From Nemertoderma westbladi (taxonomy: Eukaryota > Animalia > Xenacoelomorpha): DNA of 64,000 nucleotides. The notes under the pieces are model-generated. The model saw nothing but the letters and a program-made list of their open reading frames with translations. It searched no databases and had not been told where the DNA came from. The position numbers and the translations under genes were made by a program. The stretch spans positions 124,001 to 188,000 of the forward strand of contig JAUCBJ010007936.1 in assembly GCA_032718475.1 (NCBI GenBank). The letters are read 5' to 3'. Shown here piece after piece: positions 22,129 to 33,993 of this stretch (the stretch's first letter is position 1; each line of letters starts with the position of its first letter).

Positions 22129-24706
22129 CTATTTCTTTCTCTGATACGCCTTTCGTCTCTTCGCCCGTCGACTCTCATCGATCGCTATAGCTGGTAGGGG
22201 AGCGTCAACATCCATCGTGAGTAATGCTTCGGCTTGTCTCCTGGCGGCTCTTCCTTTCGATGGCATAGGGATCATGTCGGTTCGTCTTTCCAACTCAGAC
22301 TTGCGTGCCTCTAGGAACCACTCTCCGTCACCGAACTCCTCTTTATACGAGTATAATCGTCTAATGACTTCAAATGGACCGAATAATCCGGCGCTCAGTA
22401 GCAGATCCACGTAATGGAAAGGTAGCGTGGCCGACGTGTGGAGGCGTTCCGGGAAGGAGAAATACCCGCACGCCATCTCCTGCACGATATTCCGAGCGTT
22501 TCTCCGAACCTTGGTCTTTAAGTGGCTGTTTGCGTATGTTTCAAACATGACCATATTTCCCATAGCGGTTACGTCTTTGGTTGGACATTTGATATAGCAG
22601 CGGGGGCTAGAGGAATGTCCACGGAAACCGCACGTGGTGCAGAGGTTATATAGGATCGGGCAGACGGAAACGTCGTGGCCCGATGTCGCGCAGTATGGGC
22701 AATAGAGTATCCCGATGAGCTGGAGGCACGAATCGGTAACCCGATTCCTTCTGCCGCGTGGGCACTGCTCCGAGCCGCAGTTGCCGCAAACCTCCAATTG
22801 CATCTCTCGACCGGGGAATATCGGAATCGGGCAGCCGACGTAGTATTCGAGTCGTCGGTCGCTCTTCGGAATATTCTCGGTGGTCGGTAGCCCGCGGAAT
22901 GCTAGGCTGTTGCGTAGTAGGTTCTCGCTCCGATAACCTTCTTTGTGTCCCGCTGGTCTCAACTCGGACGACCGTTTCTGGCGGTGGATCCATTCAGTTT
23001 GCTCGGTGTACCAACAGGTTAGTCGCATAGGGTCCTGAGGAACGGCGGGTGTAGTAGCCACCGCTGGTCGGCGAAGAGGTGCCGGGGTTTTAGACGGAGG
23101 GATACCGAGGAGATCGTCGGGGGTCGGCGCATCGCTGGGGCCCTCCTCGACCAGTATCGCTGAGCGGGTCCGTTGGTGGCTGGTACTCGGAATCTCCGAC
23201 GACCAATCTTCGCCACCCGGGAAAGGATACGGGGATAACCGTTGGCATATGTCGCCGAAGTCGCTCAATGCAGATGTAGTGGCTACCTCCCTCGCGGGGC
23301 TACCGGAGCCGCGTGGGGTGTAAACACCTGCTCTCTTCATCGGTTCGGCCGAGGCAACCCGTTTGGCGGCCGGTCCATACGCGGCTCCCGGCTCGAGTTG
23401 TCGCTTCGGGGTGGAGAGTAGAACACCCTCGTTTAGCCATATCTCTTCCCCTTCCGAAGAGATCAGAGGCTCCTCCGCACCGAGAAGTTCGGTAATCGTA
23501 GGGATGTCGTAAGGTCCGCTCTCGTCCCAGGAATCGATAACGGCGAGCGTTTTAGTCTCTCCCGGTGCGATGTTCTCGACCGCTTTGAACGCGTGGTGTA
23601 TGACCTCGTTCCAGTCGTAGTCGACGAAGGAAAGCGGGATCGCCGTAATAAGGTTATCGAGAGTTTTACAGATAAACTTAGCGACGGTGTAGCATTCCAT
23701 AACGACGTAAACGTAGTTCCGTCGATCGGGATTCTCCCACCTTTGGTGTATCGTCCACTTCCGATCAACGTCCTTCCATCGACCCTCTCGCTCGCTCTTT
23801 ATTTCTAATCCCGGGTAGTCCCGGAATTTCTGGGGTTTGAAGTCGATGCCGCCAGTTTAGCACAGCGAGGTAGCCGATCCCGGATTTCGTCGGTCTCACC
23901 TCTTGGAATCCTCGCATGAACTCGGCGAATCGTAACCAGGCTAGTAGCGTTTCAGTGTCGATGCAATGGCTAAGGGCGTTGAGGTCGTCTCGTCAGTTTC
24001 TTCCTGCAGGAGCGTTCGCGTAGTCATTCCGGACGTCCGCCTTGATATCCGACCCGATTTTAATGACGTCGAAGTCGAAGAGGATTTTTTGGATTTCCGG
24101 AGGTAGCAACCAGATCGCTCCGGCTGCCTGCACTTCCTGTCTGGGTGTCGGGAATATTCGGCACACCAGTACCAAACCGTCCAGGGTTCCGAGGACGACT
24201 AAGGATCGACCGTATTCTTTCGCCCCGTACTTTTCCTGGTAGTCATCGCGGTTTTGGATAATCGATATGCGTTCCTCTCGAAGCGTCGCCGTACACTCCG
24301 ACAGGTTTCCCCAGTAGGCGAGGTACGTACTCTTGTCGTCAACGAAACTTTGACATCTCGCCAACGTAATCGCTTTCGAGGTGGGCGTCGCGTTTCCCTC
24401 GTTGTCGTAGATCAAACATCGGGATCTGTAGATGCTCTGCCGGAACGTTTCCCAAAACGACGAATCGTCCCCTCTGGTTGTCTTTGCGTTCCGAGTTCTT
24501 TTCAGTCTCGTACTAGCATCGGCTAACCGGAGGGCTCGTAGATTCTTGGAATCCGGTCCCTCTCACCCGGTGAATTTAACGACTCGCACGTTCTCATTTA
24601 GCAGGGTGCTCCAATTTGTATCAAAGTCAGGGGATCCAGGTTGCGAATATTCCAGTAGATCTATCGTGTTACGTAATTCGCCGATAATTTGGCGATTTGG
24701 GTCCAT
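22129..24706 (-). pseudogene. Element A cargo: DEDDy exonuclease plus triple zinc-knuckle protein, disrupted in its 5' third
   Basis: Manual translation from ATG 24706 (MDPNRQ...) through FWETFRQSIYRSRCLIYDNEG, LPPEIQKIL..VIKIGSDIKAD, HCIDTE, with in-frame stops and frameshifts; YVYVVMECY leads in frame into ORF 22129-23700 (CGNC, CPYC...H....C, CTTCGFRGH). Confidence 0.75.
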
Positions 24707-24984
24707 ATTTACGATTATATCCGTTACATTAATTTGTAAGTCCAGAAAGTCTGAAACTATAGCGATAGCAGAATAATTCAGTTTTTTATTTAATTCAGTT
24801 TATTAATAACATTGCTATATAGGCATCTATCATCTTATTGCTAATACATTCAGCATTTACAGTTACTATAACTATACATTAATATCCAACCAGTTTTTTA
24901 TGACTTTTTTGTCCTTTCTTTTTTCCAATTCTTCTCTTTAGACTTTTTTATACCTTTTTTTGTCTTTTTTCATTTCATTATTAT

Positions 24985-25120
24985 TTCATCTCATTTCATT
25001 TATTTCCACATATATTTCAACACATTTATTTCCACCATTTCACATTTATTTATTTCCACATATATTTCAACACATTTAGTTCCACCATTTATTTCACATT
25101 TGTTTATTTCCACATCATCA
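24985..25120. repeat. AT-rich short tandem repeats (ATTTATTTCCACA-like) in the element A spacer
   Basis: Directly visible imperfect repeats. Confidence 0.7.
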
Positions 25121-25289
25121 TTGGGTTTATAGCCCCCCGGCTATCATCATTGGTTATAAGCGCAGCACCAGGGTGCGCATCATTACATTTTCATCAGCAT
25201 ACGCGTCACCATTCAGGTTTATAGTAGAGTTGTCTGATCCTTTTCATCGCTTCCAACTATATTCAATCATTTTCTTTGGTTAATCTTTG

Positions 25290-25725
25290 TCGTGGAAGGG
25301 GTGTTACGCGGCAATCTGGGATCTACAGCTGGACTCGTTACACCGCCTACGCCCCAAACTGCGCACATAACGGACAATGACGACGCTGGGAGTGAAGTCA
25401 CGTGGATGCACCAGGGACCCACCAGAATAACACTCCCAACAACATAAAGCTCAGTCGACGAAGTCATGTGGGATGGGGTTACGCAACATTCTGGGATCTA
25501 CAGCTGGACTCGTTACACCGCCTACGCCCCAAAATCCACGCAACGGTCCCACCAGAATAACGCGACTGAGAAACATAAAACCCTCTATCGTCGAAGTCAT
25601 GTGGATGCACCATGGACCCACCAGAATAACGGGATAGAGGGGGTGTTGCGCGGCAATCCGGGATCTACAGCTGGACTCGTTACACCGCCTACGCCCCGAA
25701 CTGCGCACGCAACGGACAACATAAC
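25290..25725. repeat. About 2.5-3 copies of a ~170-bp tandem unit in the element A integrase-cargo spacer
   Basis: GGGATCTACAGCTGGACTCGTTACACCGCCTACGCCCC at ~25318, ~25493 and ~25660. Confidence 0.9.
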
Positions 25726-25992
25726 ATACTGCAATGAATACAATGAATTCCACTTCAAATCTTTACCATTTCCAATAATCCAATATCATTGGTCCCGATG
25801 ACCAAAATCAGGGTAAACAAAACATAAACGACCCTGTGTCAGCCGAAACATCTGCAGGGTGACGCTGGACTCCACATAACACACGAGGAAACACAAATAC
25901 CATTGCGTGGTTACAGTTGGTTTAAGGGGGGTCCATAATTCGTTGTCGATAAATCACAGTTTAAAAGAGTTTGTCAACATGATGAGAAGGGT

Positions 25993-28900
25993 TTAAACGC
26001 ATTTATCATTGTCACCGATGTCTGCAGCAGGATCTTGAGTAGGGAACTTATCACCTCTCGTAGAGTCACCGCTATCATTGCCTTCAAGAAGGCACAGCCT
26101 CTGGATAGGGCGTTGGTAGTGGCCCGATGCCGTTCGTATCGTCACAGTCCTTGCAAGTCCGTCTTTGCTTGGGTGTATGGTCACGACCCGCGCCACAGGC
26201 CAGTGAACGCGGTCTTTGAGATCTTCTTTAAATAGTACCATGTCGCCAACTGCGACGTTCCGGTAGGTGTTGTTCCATTTCCTCCTGGTCCGGAGGGTTA
26301 TGAGGTACTCCTGGGCCCAGATTCTCCACCAATGCGCTGCCAACGCTTGGGCCTTTTTCCAGTTTGTATGTTTCGTGATCTCGTTGGGATCCGGGAACAT
26401 GGTTTCCGGGAGAACGTGGGTTTTGGGTCTCCCCAGTATGTGGTTAGGAGTGAGGGGCTCCAGGTCTGTGGGGTCGTCGCGGATAGGGACAATGGGTCGG
26501 TTGTTCAGGGTAGCCGTGATCTCGCAGAATGTTGTGCGGAGGGTGTCATGGGTTACCCGGGTATCGCCTAGAGCGACGCGCATGGATCGTTTCACTAGGT
26601 CGATCAGTTTCTCCCATACCCCGCTCGTATGGGGTGCTAAGGGGGTCTGGAAGTGCCACTGTATCTGGTGTTCCTTCCAGACTTGGGATGCGGTATTATC
26701 GGTAAACCATCCCTCGATCGCCTCTCTAAGTTCTCTTTCTCCTCCCACAAAGTTTGTACCATTATCGGAATACATGTGGCGGCATGTCCCGTTGTTCGCC
26801 ACGAACCGACGCAGAGCGTTGATGAATGCGTGTTGTGTCAGATTTACCACGATATCTAGGTAGATTGCCCTAGACCTTAGGCAGGTGAAGATGGCTCCCC
26901 AGCATTTGATGTTGGATCGTCGTTCAATAACTGTGAACGGTCCGAGACAGTCTACTCCGGTGACATAGAATGGTGGGGAATCTGCTTGTAGACGGGTGGC
27001 TGGTAAGTCGGCCATCTTTTGGGTGATTGGTGGCGCTAGGTAACGTCTGCAGGTAAAGCAACGTTTCAACACTTTCCGGATCAGTGGCTGGATGTGGGTG
27101 ATCCAATATCTTTGTCTTCTATTAGCTATAATCCAATTCTGTCCTGCGTGGTGGTTGTCCTCGTGACATTGTAGAATTAATAGCTTAGCTAGTGTCGACG
27201 TTCCGGGCAGAAGCGCCGGGTATTTAACCTCATATTCGACCGGGGCGTTTGCCATCCGGGTATTCAGTCGGATCAGTCCATCCTCTCCCATCATTGGTCT
27301 CAGTTGGTAGACTGGGCTGTCCGGTTTCAATGTTTTGCCCGCACTAAGTTGTTCCCATTCATCGGGGAAACTTTCTCTCTGGACATATCAAACAATACAC
27401 TTCTCCGCGATAATGAGTTCTTGTATATTCCGTTGAACTATCGGTTTGTTGTTTTTCCACCGTAGGAAGTTGCGAAGGGTTATAACGTGGTGGACGAGCC
27501 GTCTCATTGATGAAGTTCGCTCGATCAACCGATGTAAAGACGCCGCTAGTTGAGTGATCGTCGCGACGTTATAGTGCCTGCCCGAGTCCTTTGCAGGCTC
27601 AGTCAGACAACTATAAATTTCCACTGCGTTGCTTCGATGGATTTTACGGATCTCTTTATCGTCCTCGGAGTATTTTCCGCTATCGAGTTCGGGGTCGAAT
27701 CGGGTACTCCATGTTAATTGTGGCTGCCGTAGGAATTCCGGGCCTGTAAGCCAGAGTTTACTTTTACCGAGTTGTTTTGGGGTGGCGCCTCGGCTTGATA
27801 AGTCCGCTGGGTTTTCCTTCCCGTTCACGTGATGCCACTGTTCTCGGCCGGTACACTGTTTAATCTCCGTGGCTCGGTTTGCAACAAACGTGGTGTGACG
27901 CCATGATGAAGAGTGGAGGTCGGTCACCGAACAATAACCCACGGAGGTTGCCTTCTCTTTGATCTGACATTTGGGAAGGTAGGTATAGGTGTCAGTAGTT
28001 TCTTCCTTAATGCCGCAGAGTGTCCATCCCATTATTGTTCGTTCAGCATAAAATCCGTCATCCTGTTTTATAGATCGGGCGATATCTCCGGTGGGGATGT
28101 GTAGTTCCGGTGTATCAAGTCCGATCAGTAGGGTGATGCGGTTTACGTCCAACTGCGGACACCTCAGGTCTACATCGTCTCGGTCCAATTGTATGAGGGG
28201 GGCGTACTCGGCTGATTGTCGGAACCGCACCCGGAGGTCTGTGTGTACCAAGGCGTTCTTGATGGTTAACTTAACCGTTTCGTAGCCCTTCATCACTCCT
28301 TCCATCTGGAGTTGCACCTCCCCGGACTCTACCTCTCTGTTATCGGTGATGGTTTGTATGGGCCGTTTACAAGGTTCATATTCTAGGCCGAGTTGCTCGA
28401 GGAAATCCCGGTCGATGATGGTTCCGTCGGACCCGTTATCGAGGAACGCGAGTGTCATCAAAGATTTGCCGACTCCTTGGATCCTTACTGGGATTACCTT
28501 TGCGAAGACCATGTAGCGGCGATTTATAAGATTAATCGTGGCCGAAATATTTGTTACTTGTGGTGTATCGGTGGAGATTTTAAATGGGTTGGTTTCTCTC
28601 CGTTGGGTTGTCCGGGTTCCTTTGAAGACGTGGTTTGTTTCTCCTCTTCGCCTGGCTTCGATCCGAAAGGGGAGGGTAGTAAAATCGAAGTTTGCGGGGA
28701 TGTGGAGGAGCGTGTGATGGCGTTGGTCGTTACAGACAGCACAGCATGATCTTTGGTCGCAATCCCGAACATAGTGACCTGTTCCAAGACACCGGAAGCA
28801 TCCTCGGTGTTTCATTATCGCCTCGAAGCGTGGGACGAGTTCGGCGAACTGAAACTTTCTGCAGAATTCCACTTTATGTTTCTCCCCACAGAAGAGACAG

Positions 28901-31194
28901 AGCAGGGAATTTGTGATGCCTTCCCTTTCGGGTGCCCAACTCACGAGATAACATGCCCATTCCTCGGCGGATGTTGGTTCCTCGTAGTCTTCGTCGTCGG
29001 AATCCTCGGCCATGGTGATGGCCATCGTACTCACCGGTGGGGGGCGGAATCTCGGTTTCGGAGGGGTTATCTTACTCCTGGAGTTGCTCTCTATTCCGTC
29101 CAACTTTGCGAGACTCTGTTTTGAAAACATCGAGTCATTCATGGCTTCGGAGATATCGTCCAGGAATGCCGACATTTCAAGGAAGCTAGGATCTCGATCT
29201 GGATGTCTGCGCCGGAGATCCACACATTTATAAGCCCACTTACTTTGTAGCCATCCGGGGAACTTCCGGGCGATCTGTCGGAGGTTTAGAATGTTGTTCA
29301 CCTGGTCCTCCTTATTTAAGGGTTTCAGAGTATAGTAGGCATCCTTCATAGAGTCGGAGAATTCCTGGATGTTCTGTGGGTCCCCTAGTGATCCCGCGTC
29401 CTGTATCAGTCTCTCTAGAGTTTTATTAATTATAGTTCCGGTATTTCCGTATCTTTTATCTAGAGTTTTCCATGCGTCATAGTATGCCTCATGAGAACCT
29501 CCTTCAAAACATGCAATAATTCTGCGTGGTTTGTCACCCAGGTATTGCGATAAATATACCAATTTCTGTGCGTCGGCTATGTCCGTTGATCCGATCTGCG
29601 CAAAGAACCGTTTCTTGAATCTGAGGTAATCGACGGGATCTCCTTCGAAGGTGCGAATCTCCATCTTAGGCATGGCAAGGCGGTTCTCCAACGCCCGGAT
29701 GATGCTGACGTCGTCTGAACTAGAGTGACTCGGAGGGTTATAGTTATTGGCACTCACTCCCATACTTGATGGATCAATAATAGGTGGAGTTTTAATAATG
29801 ACGCGGCTACGAGTTTGTGGTGTGGATGTAAATGGGTTGTTAGATCGGGGAGTGGCGTCCCGTTCCGAGTCCTTTTCAGGCTCGTACTTGGGTACACTCG
29901 CTGTCGTGGTGTTGGATGGGAAATAAGGTTCCTCATTCTTTAGCGTAGCCGGTGGGGGATGGAACACCGGTGCTTGTGCCGATAGCGTAGACTGTTTGGT
30001 CGGCGGGATCTCGGGTTTCGGAAGTTTCGCCGCTGTCGGTATAAATGACTTTTCTAATTCCGGTACCGGGATTGGTTCATATTCCTGATCTATATCCCTT
30101 TCCCAGTCCTCGTAGAGTTGAATATCTCGTTCTATAAGTGCGGCTTCGTATTCCGCGAGTTTTGCAATATCCGCATTCTTTTTGTGGATGAGAATTGCTT
30201 GTGCCTCGGCGTGTTGTTTACGCATTTCTGCTTCCCATTTACGTTGTTCGATCTCTCGTTCGGCCTCTCGTCCGCGTTGTTCGGCCTCCTGTTCGCGTTG
30301 TTCGGCCTCCTGTTTGCGTTGTTCGGCCTGCCGTTCGTCCTCTCGTTTGCGTTGTTCGGCCTGCCGTTCGTCCTCTCGTCTATGTTGTTCGGCCTCTCGT
30401 CTATGTTGTTCGGCCTGCCGTTCGTCCTCTCGTTTGCGTTGTTCGGCCTGCCGTTCGTCCTCTCGTCTATGTTGTTCGGCCTCTCGTCTATGTTGTTCGG
30501 CCTCCTGTTCGCGTTGTTCGGCCTGCCGTTCGGCCGCTTGTTCGGCCTCTCGCCTTTGTATTTCGGCGGCTTATACATCTTGCTCGGCTTGCAGTTGAAT
30601 ATACTCATCTTCCATCCGAGCTTTGAGGGCTAATGCCTTCCGTTCTCGTAGTTGGTCTCGGAGTGGCGGCGCCCCTTGAGAACTGCGCGCTGAGCCGGAT
30701 ATCTCGCTCCTAGCGCTGGAGTGCTGATTTCTAGCGGACCCCGTTCTCTTGCGATGTACTGCTGTCCTGATGCTGGAGGATCGTACTGATTCCGCGTCTG
30801 TTCTTTCAGCCCTCTTGTAATACTGTTCTTCATAGCCTCTCACAAGGCTGAGGGTCCTCCGGTGTTGTTTGCGGAACCCATCTAGATGTACAACGTGTTC
30901 TTCCAACTTGGGGTAGTTTTCCTGATCGGTGGAGGGAACGAGCTCTTGGTACGCTTGTATCATTCTTTCGTACCGCTGTAGGATATTTCGGATACTTTGA
31001 AGCTGAGTTTGTACTTCATTGAGGGGGGTTTTGACTCCCTTGAGTTGTTTCTCCATCCGTTGATACGCCCGGGTTACTCCGCCTTTGAGGGCCCCTAGCC
31101 AACGGGTCATGTTCTTGACGTTTGGTACCTCGTCGGCTTCCGAGTCTGTGTGGTGATCCATCTCGTCGGTATCGGATACGTTATTTGTCGTCAT
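25993..31194 (-). pseudogene. Element A gag-protease-(RT deleted)-RNase H remnant-integrase, one frame with two premature stops
   Basis: ORFs 30571-31194, 27388-30225 and 25993-27330 share a frame; TFEGDP gag core, CLFC/CFRC/CAVC knuckles, FLDNGS protease, then directly FVANR/NPADLSSRG; integrase TGVDCLGP, YSDNGTNF. No YxDD RT. Confidence 0.9.
30230..30570 (-). repeat. Coding tandem repeat (E/Q/R/A coiled coil) in element A gag
   Basis: GTTGTTCGGCCT-containing units of 21-33 bp, all multiples of 3. Confidence 0.85.
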
Positions 31195-31889
31195 TGTAAC
31201 GCCTCGTCGATAGCTAGTTACGCGATGTCATAAAACAGTTCCTCGTAGGTATTGTACTCAGCTTGGACCACCCGAACGGTAATCCTGAATCGTCCGACGT
31301 TCGTTCCTTGTACTTCAACTTCGACGTGCCAGATTCCTGGCTCAACTTGGATTATATCAATGGGTGTGATCGATACTTCCATTCCCTGTTAACAACTCTC
31401 CAAATATGTGATCTGCCGACTACGAGTTGGTTAGATCGAGTTTGTTGATTAATTAAACCACAACTTCGTCTCAACTCAAATACCAGAGTTTCCTCGTAGT
31501 GGGTGCTGGCAAGCACGTAGAGAGTTTTTGAAGAGTATTGAAGGATTCTCAACTTCCACCAGTTGAAGTTGACCGTAATTATTCTTAATTTTGTTGCCGT
31601 TATCCCTACACCAGGGGGGAAAAACGCCGATGCTGGAGACGTGACTTTACAGACCACCGAGCCCCGGCCAGTCACCGGATATTGATTGTGGAGAAGGAAT
31701 GTTTTCTGAGATGCAAGTTTGCGGTTGATAAAAAGCTGCATTAGTTGGATATACTCTTTAATGTAACTTCCTACAGTTGAAACCTGATTAAGAATAATTT
31801 TGGGCTTCCCCAAATCAATATACACCAAATATTCACAATAATTATACATGATAATATAAATCCCTACGGTATATTATTTAATTACCCAC

Positions 31890-32871
31890 TGTTCGCTCAG
31901 ATTTTAGCCTACCTAATGTTCCCCAGATTTTCCTTCGGTCCTAGTCTTAGTGCCGTAGTGTCGGTGTCGGTCGACCCTGTCGCGTGTCCGTTCCACCCCT
32001 CACAAACCCCGAAGGGAACGATCATCGAGAACCAGCACGGCTTGGCTAAGGGTCGGTCCAGTCGGTAGACTCTGTCGCGTATCCGTACCACCCCTCTCGA
32101 ACCCCGAAGGGATCGGTCATCGAGAACCGGTACGGCTTGGCTAGGAGTCTGTCGTGTCGGTGGACCCGTTCGCGTGTCCGTTCCACCCCTCACGAACCCC
32201 AAAGGGTTCGATCATCGAGAACCAGAACGGCTTGGCTAGGGGTCCGTCGGTTCATCGCAGAAACCCAATCACCTAGGCTTTCCGAGTCCCTTTCAGGCTC
32301 GTAGTCGCTTCGGCAGCCGAGAAACTGCTCCGAATAGTCGGTAGGCCAGTAGAGTCTAGTCCTTTGTCTTTTGACCCCGTCGCGTGTCCGTTCCACCCCT
32401 CACGAACCCCGAAGGGAACGATCATCGAGAACCAGTACGGCTTGGCTAAGGGGTCTGTCGTCGGTTCCCGTCGCAGATCCCCGGTACAAGCAGTCAGCGT
32501 TCCGAGTTCTTTTCAGTCTCGTAATAGCTGCTGTTGGCCAGGGACCGCTAAGGGCAGTCCTTGTCCTTTAGGCCTGGCGCATTACCAAATCCACCCCTAC
32601 AGGCAGCAGGAAGTTGGCCAGGGCCTAATAGTACTCAGGCTAACCTGAATACTGCTTGAATTTTCCATCCCCCCCCCTGGCCCTTATAACTATGAAATTA
32701 TTCCCGTACCCTGTAAGTTGCCCCAAAGTTCGCCCATTATTCGCCCCCAGTTTATAGAATGTGCCCAAAACCCATGGTCCCGCACCCAGTAGTAATATCG
32801 GAATAATCAATTTTAAATCAATACAAAAAAATATTCAACTCGCGTTATGGAAAGTTGAAATACCGCGAACA
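31890..32871 (-). repeat. Element A 5' LTR (982 bp)
   Basis: Ends TGTTCGC...GCGAACA (7-bp inverted termini); 31993-32871 matches 6832-7343 plus 21597-21962; contains four copies of an internal ~60-75-bp unit (CCACCCCTCACGAACCCCGAAGGG...CGGCTTGGCTA). Confidence 0.9.
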
Positions 32872-33948
32872 CGTATGTTCAGCATACTTTCATTATATGG
32901 GATTCCTGATGAAATTATTGCAGCAATCAGATCAGTATACGATGGTTCGACAACATTTGTGTCTACTGTTGATGGTGACACAGAACCATTTGAAGTGTTA
33001 TGGGGCGTCCTCCAAGGAGACACACTTGCACCATTCTTGCTCATTATTGTGGTTGACTATGTTCTACGCATGTCCTTAGATCATTATAATGATGATGGGG
33101 TGATGATAACTCCACCTACTGGCTCCAGAAGTCGAGGAAATCCTGCCAAGTACCTAACTGATCTAGACTTTGCTGATGACTTAGGAGTACTCTCAGAATC
33201 ATTAGAGGGAGCCCAACAGCTCCTCAGCTCATTAGAACATGCTGCTTCTAGTGTTGGTCTTTTTATTAACTCCAGAAAGACCAAAATTCTGACAGTTAAC
33301 TTTGAAAGTCCTCAGCAAGTCTCTGATCGGATGAGCATAAGCTCAAAGGATGGTATGCTTGAGCATGTGGACGACTTCTGTTACCTGGGATCATGGATCC
33401 GGAAGTCAGGTGAGGACCTTCGAATACGTAAGGGAAAGGCATGGGCAGCCTTGAATAGGCTTTCCAGGATTTGGAAGTCACCAAGAATTAATCGGAAACT
33501 TAAGGTCCGATTATTTAGAGCAGCAGTAGTTCCAGTACTCCTCTATGGGAGTCCATGCTGGGCTCTAACTGCTGAGGACACCAAATCTCTGGATGGCACA
33601 TTCACAAGAATGCTACGCCGGGTTCATTGTGTCAAGTACAATGCACACATCTCCAACCAGACACTATATAACATTGGAGGTGTCTCATTGGTTCCCCCAA
33701 GATTGACTCTAGAACAAATTCGCCTCCGCTTTGCAGGACATTGCTTTCGCCGTGAGGACCAGCCAGTGCATAATCTTGTACTTTGGCAGCCTCATGGAGT
33801 GAATAAGCATGGTGGACAGCCCATGACTTTCTTGAGACGCATCTTAAAGGACACTGGCCTTAAAGATGCGGATGATCTAGCAAATGTCATGGGTGATAGG
33901 GAGTTGTGGCGGTGCAATTTTGTTGACAAGCCGGCACAGCATTCTTAA
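32872..33948 (+). pseudogene. RTE LINE reverse transcriptase, C-terminal part
   Basis: GVLQGDTLAPFL, DLDFADDL, FCYLGS, LLYGSPCW, RLRFAGH motifs; begins immediately after the element A LTR. Confidence 0.9.
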
Positions 33949-33993
33949 AAATGCAGCTGCAATGCAGCATGCCGATCCTAGTAGTAGTAGTAG

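Larger units (their letters stand above)
6832..32871 (-). mobile_element. Bel/Pao LTR retrotransposon element A (RT-deleted; carries exonuclease/zinc-knuckle cargo; hosts element B in its 3' LTR)
   Basis: Two LTR copies ~99% identical; PPT (GGGGGGGAC on minus) at 21963-21971; gag-protease-integrase of Pao type. Confidence 0.9.
5262..33993 (+). mobile_element. 5'-truncated RTE-clade LINE, split by element A
   Basis: TSD TTCTATATA at 5253-5261 and 33994-34002; (TAG)n tail 33979-33993; APE endonuclease upstream and RT downstream of the insertion. Confidence 0.9.

Noticed and set aside
30118-30633. Overlapping Cys-rich, Asn-rich and hydrophobic ORFs
   Set aside because: Alternative-frame and antisense readings of the gag coiled-coil repeat.
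32761-33948. 395-aa ORF as an intact novel RT gene
   Set aside because: Chance in-frame fusion of LTR sequence (GTG start) to the C-terminal half of the interrupted RTE RT.
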